In this document: positions 6,734 through 14,629 of the stretch, piece after piece
How the letters are laid out: every line of letters begins with the position of its first letter
Numbering within the stretch: the first letter of the stretch is position 1
DNA from: a virus
Length of the DNA stretch: 40,862 nucleotides
Strand: one strand, 5' to 3'
Virus record (IMG/VR): IMGVR_UViG_3300029779_000011
The notes under the pieces: model-generated
Told to the model about the DNA's origin: nothing
The model's input: the letters and a program-made list of their open reading frames with translations, nothing else
Database searches by the model: none
Made by a program: the position numbers and the translations under genes

Positions 6734-6954
6734 TGAAGCAGGGAGCCGAGGTCTGGATTGTCATACCGGAGCCGCTGCCGATTTTCCAACGGCTTATGCC
6801 GAAGCTCAGAACGCCTTTAAGGGCGCGAAAGTATCCGCAGAAGATGAAGAACAAGACGTTTTACCTCGTCAGCGTCAAGGACCCGGAGGACGGGCGGTGG
6901 AAGATTATCACCGTCCGGGAACCGGAATGCTGGGAGGTAGAAGTGACGGTATAA
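6730..6954 (+). CDS. hypothetical protein, 74 aa
   Basis: ORF track. ATGA coupling to the upstream gene. Composition is unremarkable. Confidence 0.45.
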   Translation: MMKQGAEVWIVIPEPLPIFQRLMPKLRTPLRARKYPQKMKNKTFYLVSVKDPEDGRWKIITVREPECWEVEVTV

Positions 6955-7027
6955 GCCAGATGACCGATGGCGGGGAGAGAAACTGCCGGAGGGCAGCAAG
7001 AGGAAGGCGGAAGATGGGAGGGGAAAT

Positions 7028-7900
7028 GTGAGCAATTTAGAGCAGATGGTGATTGCCCGCGTATTCCCGCGCAAAACTAACGCTTCGCCGACTGATGCGC
7101 TGGCGTTCTTCAGTGAGCCGACGATTGAGAACATCTCGGACTGCATCAAGGCGGGAGTGACAAAGGTACATATTTCCGTGACGTTCACGTGGGATTTGGA
7201 ACGTGCAGAGGAACTATACGACACATGGCAGATTCTCGGCGTACCGGTAGAAGTCGGCGGTCCGGCATTCGATGATCGCATGGGAGACTTCACACCGGGG
7301 CTTTACCTGCGTGACGGGTTGATTTTTACCTCGCGGGGATGCACAAAGGACTGCTGGTTTTGCTCCGTACCGCGCTGCGCGCATGGCGTAATTCGGGAGC
7401 TTCCGATCGTGGACGGCTGGAACATCCTTGACGACAACATTCTTGGAACGTCAGAAACGCATTTTCGGGCAGTCTGTGAAATGCTCAAGAGGCAAACACA
7501 CAGATCTGTTTTTACAGGGGGATTAGAACCGGCGCTGCTTCAACAGTGGCAAGCGGATCTTCTGCATGAGGTAAAACCGGCGAGGCTATACACGGCATAT
7601 GACACTCGTGACGATCTGGAACCGCTGGTAGAGATGGGCGAGAAACTTCGATCTGCAGGATTTCGCCCGGCAAGCCATACCATGTGCTGCTATGTGCTGT
7701 GCGGCTACGACGGAGACAGCTTTGAGGACGCAGAAAAGCGTCTGACCCAGACCATGCAGGCAGGATTTGTTCCGTATGCCATGCTGTTTCGCGGAGAGGA
7801 TGGAAAGTACGATTCTGAATGGCGGAGATTCCAGCGCGAATGGTGCCGCCCGATTATCACTGGGAAAAAGTTCAACGAATTTTGGAAGGAGACGACATGA
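7028..7900 (+). CDS. radical-SAM protein with N-terminal Rossmann/B12-binding-like region
   Basis: GTG start behind GGGAGGGG. CTKDCWFC (CX3CX2C) lies at 7340-7363, about residue 105. Confidence 0.7.
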   Translation: MSNLEQMVIARVFPRKTNASPTDALAFFSEPTIENISDCIKAGVTKVHISVTFTWDLERAEELYDTWQILGVPVEVGGPAFDDRMGDFTPGLYLRDGLIFTSRGCTKDCWFCSVPRCAHGVIRELPIVDGWNILDDNILGTSETHFRAVCEMLKRQTHRSVFTGGLEPALLQQWQADLLHEVKPARLYTAYDTRDDLEPLVEMGEKLRSAGFRPASHTMCCYVLCGYDGDSFEDAEKRLTQTMQAGFVPYAMLFRGEDGKYDSEWRRFQREWCRPIITGKKFNEFWKETT

Positions 7901-8277
7901 CAGACGAGGAAATTATACAGGTACTGCGTATCTGCGCGACGCATATAGAGAAGGGTTGCGGGCTTTGTTCACAAATGAAGTATGTGCGTTGCACGGAGCG
8001 GCTGGCGGATGAAACTATCACCATGATCGAGCGCCTGACCGCCGAGAACGCGGCGCTGTGGGAGAAGGTGCCGCAGTGGATCAGCGTGGATGACAGGCGC
8101 CCAAAGCCTGGAACGCGCGTCCTTGCTACGGACGGCGTATTTGTTGGAGAAGCATACCGAACAAGCGCTGATACGTGGCGCAGATATGATGGCATTGCAA
8201 TGCGGGACTGCATCGGCAGCGTAGTCACCCACTGGATGCCGCTGCCGGAAGCGCCGGGGGAAGGAGAAAAGGCATGA
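7897..8277 (+). CDS. DUF551 domain protein
   Basis: ATGA coupling. C-terminal WISVDDRRPKPGTRVLA...VTHWMPLPEAP is the DUF551 pattern. Confidence 0.7.
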   Translation: MTDEEIIQVLRICATHIEKGCGLCSQMKYVRCTERLADETITMIERLTAENAALWEKVPQWISVDDRRPKPGTRVLATDGVFVGEAYRTSADTWRRYDGIAMRDCIGSVVTHWMPLPEAPGEGEKA

Positions 8278-8702
8278 AAGCTGTTTTAATTAGCATTCGC
8301 CCGGAGTGGTGCGAGAAGATCATAAGCGGAGAGAAAACGATCGAGGTGCGCAAGACGCGCCCGAAGATGAACCCGCCGTTTAAGTGCTATATCTACAAAT
8401 GTGGAAACGGCAAAGTCATCGGGGAATTTCTGTGCGATGAGATCATCAACATTAACGGCGAGGGAAGAATCCCGTCGGATGCTGCGCGGCCAACCTGCCT
8501 AGAGCCTGCGGAGCTGCACCAGTATCTCGGAGCTGCCACCGGCTTCGGCTGGCACATCTCAGATTTGCGCATTTACGATCACCCGCGCGATCTGTGGGAG
8601 TTTACCGGCCTGCGGCAGACAAAATACGGCCTTGCGCCAGGACCCATCACCCGCCCGCCGCAGAGCTGGCGGTATGTGGAGGAAGAGCTATGGAACGATT
8701 GA
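8274..8702 (+). CDS. ASCH (PUA-like) domain protein
   Basis: MKAVLISIRPEWCEKIISGEKTIEVRK matches the ASCH N-terminal motif. Confidence 0.7.
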   Translation: MKAVLISIRPEWCEKIISGEKTIEVRKTRPKMNPPFKCYIYKCGNGKVIGEFLCDEIININGEGRIPSDAARPTCLEPAELHQYLGAATGFGWHISDLRIYDHPRDLWEFTGLRQTKYGLAPGPITRPPQSWRYVEEELWND

Positions 8703-9061
8703 CTTATTTCAAAGACGGATACTGGCGGGTAAATTTCAGCGGAGTGCAGTACCAGGTGGATTTTGTTGATCGACTTGCGGCATACGAGGACATTGCCGAG
8801 TTGTGCGGCGGGTTTGACCGCCTCCGCGAGCTTGCCGAGGCCGACAAGGACGGGCGCGTCCTGATTCTGCCGTGCAAGCTGGGTACAAAAGTCTATCGAA
8901 TCCGCTACAAAATTGTTGATTACCCGGGCAAACCGGAGCCGGAAATTACAACCACATGGTTTACACCGGAATATCGTGAGGACATCGGCAAAACCGTTTT
9001 CTTCACTCGCGAGGAAGCCGAGAAGGCTTTGCAGGAAATGGGGGGCAAGAAGGATGGCTAA
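8690..9061 (+). CDS. hypothetical protein, 123 aa
   Basis: Internal ATG of the track ORF (MERLTYFKDGYW...), overlapping the upstream stop. Confidence 0.6.
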   Translation: MERLTYFKDGYWRVNFSGVQYQVDFVDRLAAYEDIAELCGGFDRLRELAEADKDGRVLILPCKLGTKVYRIRYKIVDYPGKPEPEITTTWFTPEYREDIGKTVFFTREEAEKALQEMGGKKDG

Positions 9062-9281
9062 GCACATAACCAAAGCGCAATTGGAACAACTCTATCAGGC
9101 TCAGCTCTTCGATAACGACGAATATCTGAGACTTTTAAAAGAGTTTGCAGGGATAGAATCCCGACCGACCACGGAGTACAACCACTACGACGAAAATGGC
9201 GAGTTTATTGGTAGCAGCGTGGACACCGATCTTTCTGACCTGCTGGACGAGGCTGGCGTGGAGGTGCGGGACGATGGCTGA
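9054..9281 (+). CDS. hypothetical acidic protein, 75 aa
   Basis: Internal ATG (MAKHITKAQ...). Operon packing. Confidence 0.55.
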   Translation: MAKHITKAQLEQLYQAQLFDNDEYLRLLKEFAGIESRPTTEYNHYDENGEFIGSSVDTDLSDLLDEAGVEVRDDG

Positions 9282-9555
9282 ACTGAAACCGTGCCCGTTC
9301 TGCGGCGGGGAAGTTAGTCTTGTTCTGTGCGATGACGAAGGGAATCTACATGATGAGGCATATAGAGAACGTCCCTATAGTGGACTTGGCTTTATGCTTC
9401 ACCACGCTCATGAGGAAAATCCGGGATGCCCGATTGCAAGCTATGAGTGCGATGGCGGGATTTTAGGTGGTGTGTATATTTATGACACAGAAGAACAAGC
9501 CACTGAAGCATGGAACAAGAGGGATGAAAATTATGATGAAGGTGCATTTTGGTAA
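9274..9555 (+). CDS. Lar-family restriction-alleviation-like protein
   Basis: MAELKPCPFCGGE at the N-terminus and EAWNKR near the C-terminus, as in Lar-family proteins. Confidence 0.55.
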   Translation: MAELKPCPFCGGEVSLVLCDDEGNLHDEAYRERPYSGLGFMLHHAHEENPGCPIASYECDGGILGGVYIYDTEEQATEAWNKRDENYDEGAFW

Positions 9556-9605
9556 TACGGCAAGTTGATATGCGTCAACTATTGAGGCATAGAACAGGAG
9601 GGTAA

Positions 9606-9824
9606 ATGATGGCTGATTTTATCCGGCGCGAGGATGCGCTATTTGCGATACGGAAAGCAGAACGCGGTGGAAGCATGACGGCACTAACACGGTTGGAACG
9701 CGCATATGCCGAAATTCGGGAAATGCCCGCCGCCGACGTTGCGGACGTGAGCCTTCTGAATTACAAGCACTGCCCCAACTGCGGGGCGAAGATGGATGGA
9801 GGTGAAGATCGTGCGGTTAGTTGA
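9606..9824 (+). CDS. hypothetical protein, 72 aa
   Basis: ATG behind GGAGGG. C-terminal CPNCG. Confidence 0.55.
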   Translation: MMADFIRREDALFAIRKAERGGSMTALTRLERAYAEIREMPAADVADVSLLNYKHCPNCGAKMDGGEDRAVS

Positions 9825-10050
9825 CTTAGATGCAGTAATCGATTGTATCGAAATGGAGTGGGGATACGAGGGGATACGTGAGGACTTATACAGTCTGCCA
9901 GTCGTAGACGCTGTGCCGGTCGTGCGTTGCCAAGATTGCAAGAATTTCCGTCGGAATGAAGAAAATGACCCGTACTGCGCAGATCGGAGAGGGCTTTCAG
10001 ACCCGGAGCCTGACGGGTATTGCAGCTACGGAGAACAGAGGGAAGAATGA
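9811..10050 (+). CDS. hypothetical protein (GTG start preferred over 9796)
   Basis: GGAGGTG lies 6 nt upstream of the GTG. VRLVDLDAVID...VVRCQDCKN is a common small phage protein pattern. Confidence 0.55.
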   Translation: MRLVDLDAVIDCIEMEWGYEGIREDLYSLPVVDAVPVVRCQDCKNFRRNEENDPYCADRRGLSDPEPDGYCSYGEQREE

Positions 10051-10583
10051 ACACACATATTACAAACATCAAGGGCGACTGGCAGGAGATTCAAGACGCT
10101 TCGGGATATAGTGTCAACCGAGATGGACAAATCAGAAACGATAAGACTGGTAAGATTCTGAAACCGTTTGGCAGCAGAGGGAAATATCTGGGCGTTGGGC
10201 TAGGAAGAGCTGGGTACCGAAGAGTACATCGTATTGTAGCTGAAACGTTCATTCCAAACCCGGAGAACAAGCCGCAAGTCAACCATATCGACGGAGACAA
10301 GGCGAATAATAGAGTTGAGAACCTAGAATGGTGCACTTTGAGCGAAAACCAGCGGCACCGTTTCGATGTTCTTGATAAGCATTTTTCAAAGGAAAAAATG
10401 GAGGCCATAACAGAACTTGCAGCTATCAAAAATCGCAAGAAGGTCCGCTGCGATGATACTGGCGAAATTTATTCCAGCATTATGGCGGCAAGTGTAGCAA
10501 CCGGAATCAGCCGTGCGAATATCTCAAATTGCGCACATGGGCGGTATAAACAGGCTTGCGGGCAGCATTGGAGTTTTGTATAG
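10047..10583 (+). CDS. free-standing HNH homing endonuclease (NUMOD4 + HNH_3 + C-terminal HTH)
   Basis: WQEI...GYSVNRDGQIRN (NUMOD4), HRIVAETFIPNP...VNHIDGDKANNRVENLEW (HNH_3), and IYSSIMAASVATGISRANISNC. Confidence 0.85.
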   Translation: MNTHITNIKGDWQEIQDASGYSVNRDGQIRNDKTGKILKPFGSRGKYLGVGLGRAGYRRVHRIVAETFIPNPENKPQVNHIDGDKANNRVENLEWCTLSENQRHRFDVLDKHFSKEKMEAITELAAIKNRKKVRCDDTGEIYSSIMAASVATGISRANISNCAHGRYKQACGQHWSFV

Positions 10584-10592
10584 GAGGGAATT

Positions 10593-11204
10593 TTGAGGAC
10601 AGAAATCATCAAAGTAAAAGGAGACTGGCAAGAAGTTGTAAACGATTGCCGGGCAACTGTAAAAAAGCCGCCTCTTGGGCGCGAACCGAGTGCTGAATGG
10701 AAAAGGGCAATCCTAATCGCAGAGCATGACCCAATCCGAGATATTATCATCAAATTTCGATGGAAAGATATTAAATATTGGGTCGCCATGCACTGGAAGA
10801 CACATATTTGGAGAAGCCGGGTTGATTCCCAGAGAAACGACAGGCAATCGAAGTACGACCGCAATAAGGCACCTCAGGACGCTAGGGTTGATTTTATTGG
10901 GGACCCAAATATTCAAAATCTGATTGATACCATGCGCAAGCGGTTATGCAGTCAGGCAGACCCGGAGACGCGCGCGTATGCCGAGGATTTCAAAACAGCT
11001 CTGCATGAGGTGCAGCCGGAGATCTCGGACGTTCTCGTGCCAAACTGCGTTTATCGGTGCGGCTGCCCGGAAATGCAGACGTGCGGGATGTACGAATGGT
11101 GGCTGAAAGTTCACCCGGACATTGCAAGCACGGACATTCAGAAGCGGTATAACACTTACAACGAACTGTTTTGGAAAGTGAGGGAGAAGCGTGGGAGAAA
11201 GTAA
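10593..11204 (+). CDS. divergent ThyX (Thy1)-like fold protein; function uncertain
   Basis: TTG start behind GGAGGG. By-eye alignment to ThyX matches AEHDPIRDIIIKFRWK to HETPFEHIVFTFHVK and NIQNLIDTMRKR..A..ETRAYA to the C-terminal helices. RHR is replaced by WKTH. Confidence 0.45.
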   Translation: MRTEIIKVKGDWQEVVNDCRATVKKPPLGREPSAEWKRAILIAEHDPIRDIIIKFRWKDIKYWVAMHWKTHIWRSRVDSQRNDRQSKYDRNKAPQDARVDFIGDPNIQNLIDTMRKRLCSQADPETRAYAEDFKTALHEVQPEISDVLVPNCVYRCGCPEMQTCGMYEWWLKVHPDIASTDIQKRYNTYNELFWKVREKRGRK

Positions 11205-11427
11205 GTTAAACGAAATGACGCTTGAAGAATTAAAGAACCATATGGACACAATCACAGGACGCCTTAAAAATGAATGGGTGAAGCTCACGATGGTCGAATC
11301 TTTGAGTAATTCGATTCGAAACGAAATGAACCTGCTTGGGATGCTGGTAGATGCGGAACTGAAGGCTATTGTAAAAATTGAAAAACTGATGAAGGAAAAT
11401 GCAAATGGGAACGATTCTGGCAATTGA
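11191..11427 (+). CDS. coiled-coil hypothetical protein, 78 aa
   Basis: ORF track. GTG start. Heptad-like charged sequence. Confidence 0.5.
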   Translation: MGESKLNEMTLEELKNHMDTITGRLKNEWVKLTMVESLSNSIRNEMNLLGMLVDAELKAIVKIEKLMKENANGNDSGN

Positions 11428-11908
11428 CCCCGGCAACGTTCAATCCGGCTATGTGCTGGTGGAGCACGACGGGAAGGAAATCCGGAAGGTGCTGGAGGTC
11501 GGGAAAATCGAGAATCCGGCAGTGGCAGATATGCTTGACCGGAAGTTTTATGCAAACTGCATAGACGTTGCAATCGAGATGGTGCAGGGTATGGGGCAAA
11601 CAGTAGGACAGGAAGTGTTCGACACCTGCGTTTGGGTCGGGCGATTCTGGGAAATTGCGTTGAGGTCTGGCGGATATGAGCCGAAAAGGATATACAGGAG
11701 AGAAGAAAAGCTGTACCTGTGCGGCTGTCTGAGCGCGAAGGATAAGAATATCCGGCAAGCGCTGATTGACAGATACGGAGGTGTAGGGACGAAAAAAGAG
11801 CCGGGCTTCTTTTATGTGAACGGCACGAAGTTTGCGAAAGATATGTGGGCGGCTATGGCGGTAGCAACAACGTATTTCGATAAGTACATAAGGGGGATAC
11901 AGCTATGA
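11399..11908 (+). CDS. RuvC-like Holliday junction resolvase
   Basis: ILAIDPGNVQSGYVL N-terminal catalytic Asp motif and an RNase-H-like length, as in Gram-positive phage RuvC-type resolvases. Confidence 0.75.
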   Translation: MQMGTILAIDPGNVQSGYVLVEHDGKEIRKVLEVGKIENPAVADMLDRKFYANCIDVAIEMVQGMGQTVGQEVFDTCVWVGRFWEIALRSGGYEPKRIYRREEKLYLCGCLSAKDKNIRQALIDRYGGVGTKKEPGFFYVNGTKFAKDMWAAMAVATTYFDKYIRGIQL

Positions 11909-12723
11909 ACGATAACTGCATTTGCGCGCATTTATATGGAGATGGTAGCAGGAATTGTAGGTTAAGAGCGGAATACATCCGCTGCAACCGCGCCGAGGAA
12001 TGCTCTGCCTATAAAAATGGAAAGTGTTTTTGCGTAACAACACTATTTGGCGTCAGATGCCCCAACGGTGAGATCACAATTGTGGATGGTGGAACAAAAC
12101 GGTCAAAGGCATTTTTACGGGTTCAGAAAGAAGCCAGAACAAATCCAGCTTATGGGAAATTGCAATATCCATCAACCAATTTGATTACACGCATAGGAGA
12201 AGATGCTTTTCTCACCGTTTCTTATATATGGTTGGAGGATTTCGGCGGGGGAATCCGTTGCGATGACCCGCATTTTAGCACAAACAAACTGTACATAAGC
12301 GCAGATAAACTCACGCCTGAAAACATCAAGAGAATTTGCGATTTTATCCCACGAGCAATGATGGGCGGCGTAATTCGGGATTATCAGGACAAAACCGTCC
12401 CGATGTTTTTGCATCAGCTACGGGGTTTATTCCCAGAAAAGTATGCAGCATTCCAGGAAGCGTATCCTGATTACAAAATCAAAGCTCCGGACTGGAAGGG
12501 ACGATGGGCAAAGCTTTCAACCTGCAACAGGAATGCAGAGTACAAGGACTGCCACAAAAACACGTTCCGTTTTGATGGAGACTACATTGTATGCGACTGC
12601 TATAACTCGTCATTTGCGCCATTTCGTGCAAATCGGGCAGAAATCCGCGTGAAATTATCTGATGAAATGGAAGTAGAAATCACAGACAACGGACAAGTCA
12701 CCGATGAAACTGTTTTCTTGTGA
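11905..12723 (+). CDS. Cys-rich hypothetical protein, 272 aa
   Basis: ORF track. ATGA coupling. Cysteine clusters at both ends. No family recognised. Confidence 0.65.
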   Translation: MNDNCICAHLYGDGSRNCRLRAEYIRCNRAEECSAYKNGKCFCVTTLFGVRCPNGEITIVDGGTKRSKAFLRVQKEARTNPAYGKLQYPSTNLITRIGEDAFLTVSYIWLEDFGGGIRCDDPHFSTNKLYISADKLTPENIKRICDFIPRAMMGGVIRDYQDKTVPMFLHQLRGLFPEKYAAFQEAYPDYKIKAPDWKGRWAKLSTCNRNAEYKDCHKNTFRFDGDYIVCDCYNSSFAPFRANRAEIRVKLSDEMEVEITDNGQVTDETVFL

Positions 12724-12738
12724 GAGGGGGATACAGCT

Positions 12739-13068
12739 ATGAGTACAATGAACGATCTGGCAAAGCGTATTCGCAGCAGCAACAAGGCTTATTTTGCTGC
12801 CGGTATGGAGGCAGGAAAGCAGAAGGTGGTAGACCTCTTCTTTGTGGCGGCGCATGAACTGGGCATGCTCAAAAGCCCGGCGAATGCAAAAGAACTTCTG
12901 GACAAAATGGAGCAGCTGGACGCAGAGTACGGCGTGGCATGGCTGGGCAAGAAGGAATCCGACGATGCAATTCACCGGCTGGACTCGAGCCTTAAGAAGC
13001 TCTGCGTTCCGTTCTTTCAGCCGTTTTTCGAACGGAACGATACAATCAAGGATTGGTGGGACAAATGA
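12739..13068 (+). CDS. hypothetical protein, 109 aa
   Basis: ATG behind GAGGGGG. Helical composition. Confidence 0.6.
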   Translation: MSTMNDLAKRIRSSNKAYFAAGMEAGKQKVVDLFFVAAHELGMLKSPANAKELLDKMEQLDAEYGVAWLGKKESDDAIHRLDSSLKKLCVPFFQPFFERNDTIKDWWDK

Positions 13069-13478
13069 AAATTGTTTTAGATCTGTTGGCGTTCATGCCC
13101 ACAAGGGCGCATGAATATGATGCGGGGCTTGATCTGTATTCGGCGAGCGACGACGTTTACATCTACCCCGGAGAAAGCGAATTGTTTGATACAGGCGTGC
13201 ATGTCCAACTGCCGAAAAACACCGTGGGATTTCTCAAGAGCAAAAGCGGTCTGAACGTCAAGCACGGAATCACAAGTGAAGGGGTCATAGACGTCGGCTA
13301 CACCGGAAGCATCATGGTCAAGCTATACAACCACGGAAGCAAGCCCTACAAGGTCTGTAGGGGCGACAAGATCTCGCAGCTTGTTATACTGCCCTGCATC
13401 CTTCCGGAGCTGGAAGTGGTCAGCTCGCTCGAGAAGACGGAACGCGGGGAAAATGGGTTCGGGAGTTCGGGCAGATGA
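13065..13478 (+). CDS. dut: dUTP diphosphatase
   Basis: Motifs AGLDLYS, GVIDVGYTGS, GDKISQLV and RGENGFGSSG. Confidence 0.9.
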   Translation: MKIVLDLLAFMPTRAHEYDAGLDLYSASDDVYIYPGESELFDTGVHVQLPKNTVGFLKSKSGLNVKHGITSEGVIDVGYTGSIMVKLYNHGSKPYKVCRGDKISQLVILPCILPELEVVSSLEKTERGENGFGSSGR

Positions 13479-13726
13479 TGGGGGATATTACAAAACAGGA
13501 ATACTCCACTTGGATGGAAGAATGCCTGAAAACTGTGCTGGAGTTCAACCCATCGTCGATCTGCATTGTTGCTACTGCGGGGGATGGGACAACAAAGACA
13601 GGATATTTCAATTCGACGGGGCAAGACAAAGCTATTTTTGCCGCTAACATTATGAGCGACGTTGTAATGGATATTGTCAAAATCAATGCAGAGGATATCA
13701 AGAAAATATTGGGCGGAACAGAGTAA
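13475..13726 (+). CDS. hypothetical protein, 83 aa
   Basis: ORF track. ATGA coupling. Confidence 0.55.
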   Translation: MMGDITKQEYSTWMEECLKTVLEFNPSSICIVATAGDGTTKTGYFNSTGQDKAIFAANIMSDVVMDIVKINAEDIKKILGGTE

Positions 13727-13739
13727 GGGGGCTGATACG

Positions 13740-14054
13740 GTGAGCAAACCGCGCTATGGGTGGTGGGGCTACGCAAAATGGATGGTACGAAGCTACAAGG
13801 GCGGTACGCTTATGACGCGCGAGGAAATCGATGCGGTAGATGCTGCTGTCGAGGAAACAAAGCAGCTTTCCGATGGCGCGGAACGGCTGAAGCTTATTGA
13901 TCTGGTCCTTTGGAAGCGTACACACACCTTACAGGGCGCTGCTATGGTGGTATATGTTTCGGAGCGTACCGCTCAGGAATGGCATAGGCAGTTTATCTAC
14001 TTGGTGGCAGAAAAACGTGGTTTATATTCAAAAGTTTGCGTAAGAGAGCCTTAA
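13740..14054 (+). CDS. late-gene transcriptional activator (RinA/ArpU-like, sigma region-4-like HTH)
   Basis: GTG behind AAGGGGG. WWGYAKWMVRSY and LIDLVLWKRTHTLQGAAMVVYVSERTAQEW patterns. Sits directly upstream of terS. Confidence 0.6.
   Translation: MSKPRYGWWGYAKWMVRSYKGGTLMTREEIDAVDAAVEETKQLSDGAERLKLIDLVLWKRTHTLQGAAMVVYVSERTAQEWHRQFIYLVAEKRGLYSKVCVREP
14031..14051 (+). repeat. 21-nt exact repeat AAAGTTTGCGTAAGAGAGCCT, copy 1
   Basis: Identical to 19334..19354. Overlaps the last codons of the activator gene. Confidence 0.9.
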
Positions 14055-14070
14055 ACATAGTGTATCGTTG

Positions 14071-14099
14071 AGAGCGTAGAGGTGTATCCTCTGCGCTTT
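14071..14099 (+). terminator. hairpin (10-12 bp stem, loop TGTAT) with weak T-rich tail
   Basis: AGCGTAGAGG-tgtat-CCTCTGCGCT read directly, followed by ttcatccttctt. Confidence 0.4.
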
Positions 14100-14147
14100 C
14101 ATCCTTCTTACGGCTACGCAGCGTACTGCGGAACCTCCTTTTTCTTA

Positions 14148-14177
14148 GCTCCACCGGAAACCACAATCCGGTGGAGC
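14148..14177 (+). promoter_or_regulatory. 11-bp perfect hairpin/inverted repeat 33 nt upstream of terS
   Basis: GCTCCACCGGA-aaccacaa-TCCGGTGGAGC with no U tail. Could be a pac-related or regulatory element. Confidence 0.35.
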
Positions 14178-14209
14178 GCGAAAAGGATAACTATTTCGAG
14201 GTGGTGATT

Positions 14210-14629
14210 ATGGCTGCGAGGTTGACAGATCGGCAAAAAAAGAAAATAGTTGCCGACTGGGTAGAAATGCAGTCGTACAACGCTGTCGCGAAAAAGCATG
14301 GCGTCACGCACCAGACTGTGAAGAGAATTGTTGATGCATCACCAGATATCAGCGAAAAAGTACAGCAGAAAAAAGAGGAAAACACGGCTGAGATGCTGGC
14401 TTTCATGGAATCGCAGAAAGGCGCGATGCAGGAAGCTATCGTTTTGCACCTGAAAGCGCTGACTGACCCAGAAAAAATCTCTACAGCGACGCTGAGCCAG
14501 ATCGCGACATCATTTGGAATTATCGTTGACAAGGCAACGAAGAACACGGCCAGCAGCAATGACAGCCTGAATAAGCTGGATGGGCTGCTTAGGGAGTTTA
14601 GAGATGCTGTTAAGTCAGAAACAACTTGA
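14210..14629 (+). CDS. terS: terminase small subunit
   Basis: ATG behind GAGGTGGTG. N-terminal HTH (SYNAVAKKHGVTHQTVKRIV). Sits directly upstream of terL. Confidence 0.7.
   Translation: MAARLTDRQKKKIVADWVEMQSYNAVAKKHGVTHQTVKRIVDASPDISEKVQQKKEENTAEMLAFMESQKGAMQEAIVLHLKALTDPEKISTATLSQIATSFGIIVDKATKNTASSNDSLNKLDGLLREFRDAVKSETT

Noticed and set aside
10944-11573. 209-aa minus-strand ORF
   Set aside because: It is antisense to three well-packed + strand genes, is Ser/Pro/Arg-rich and has no RBS.
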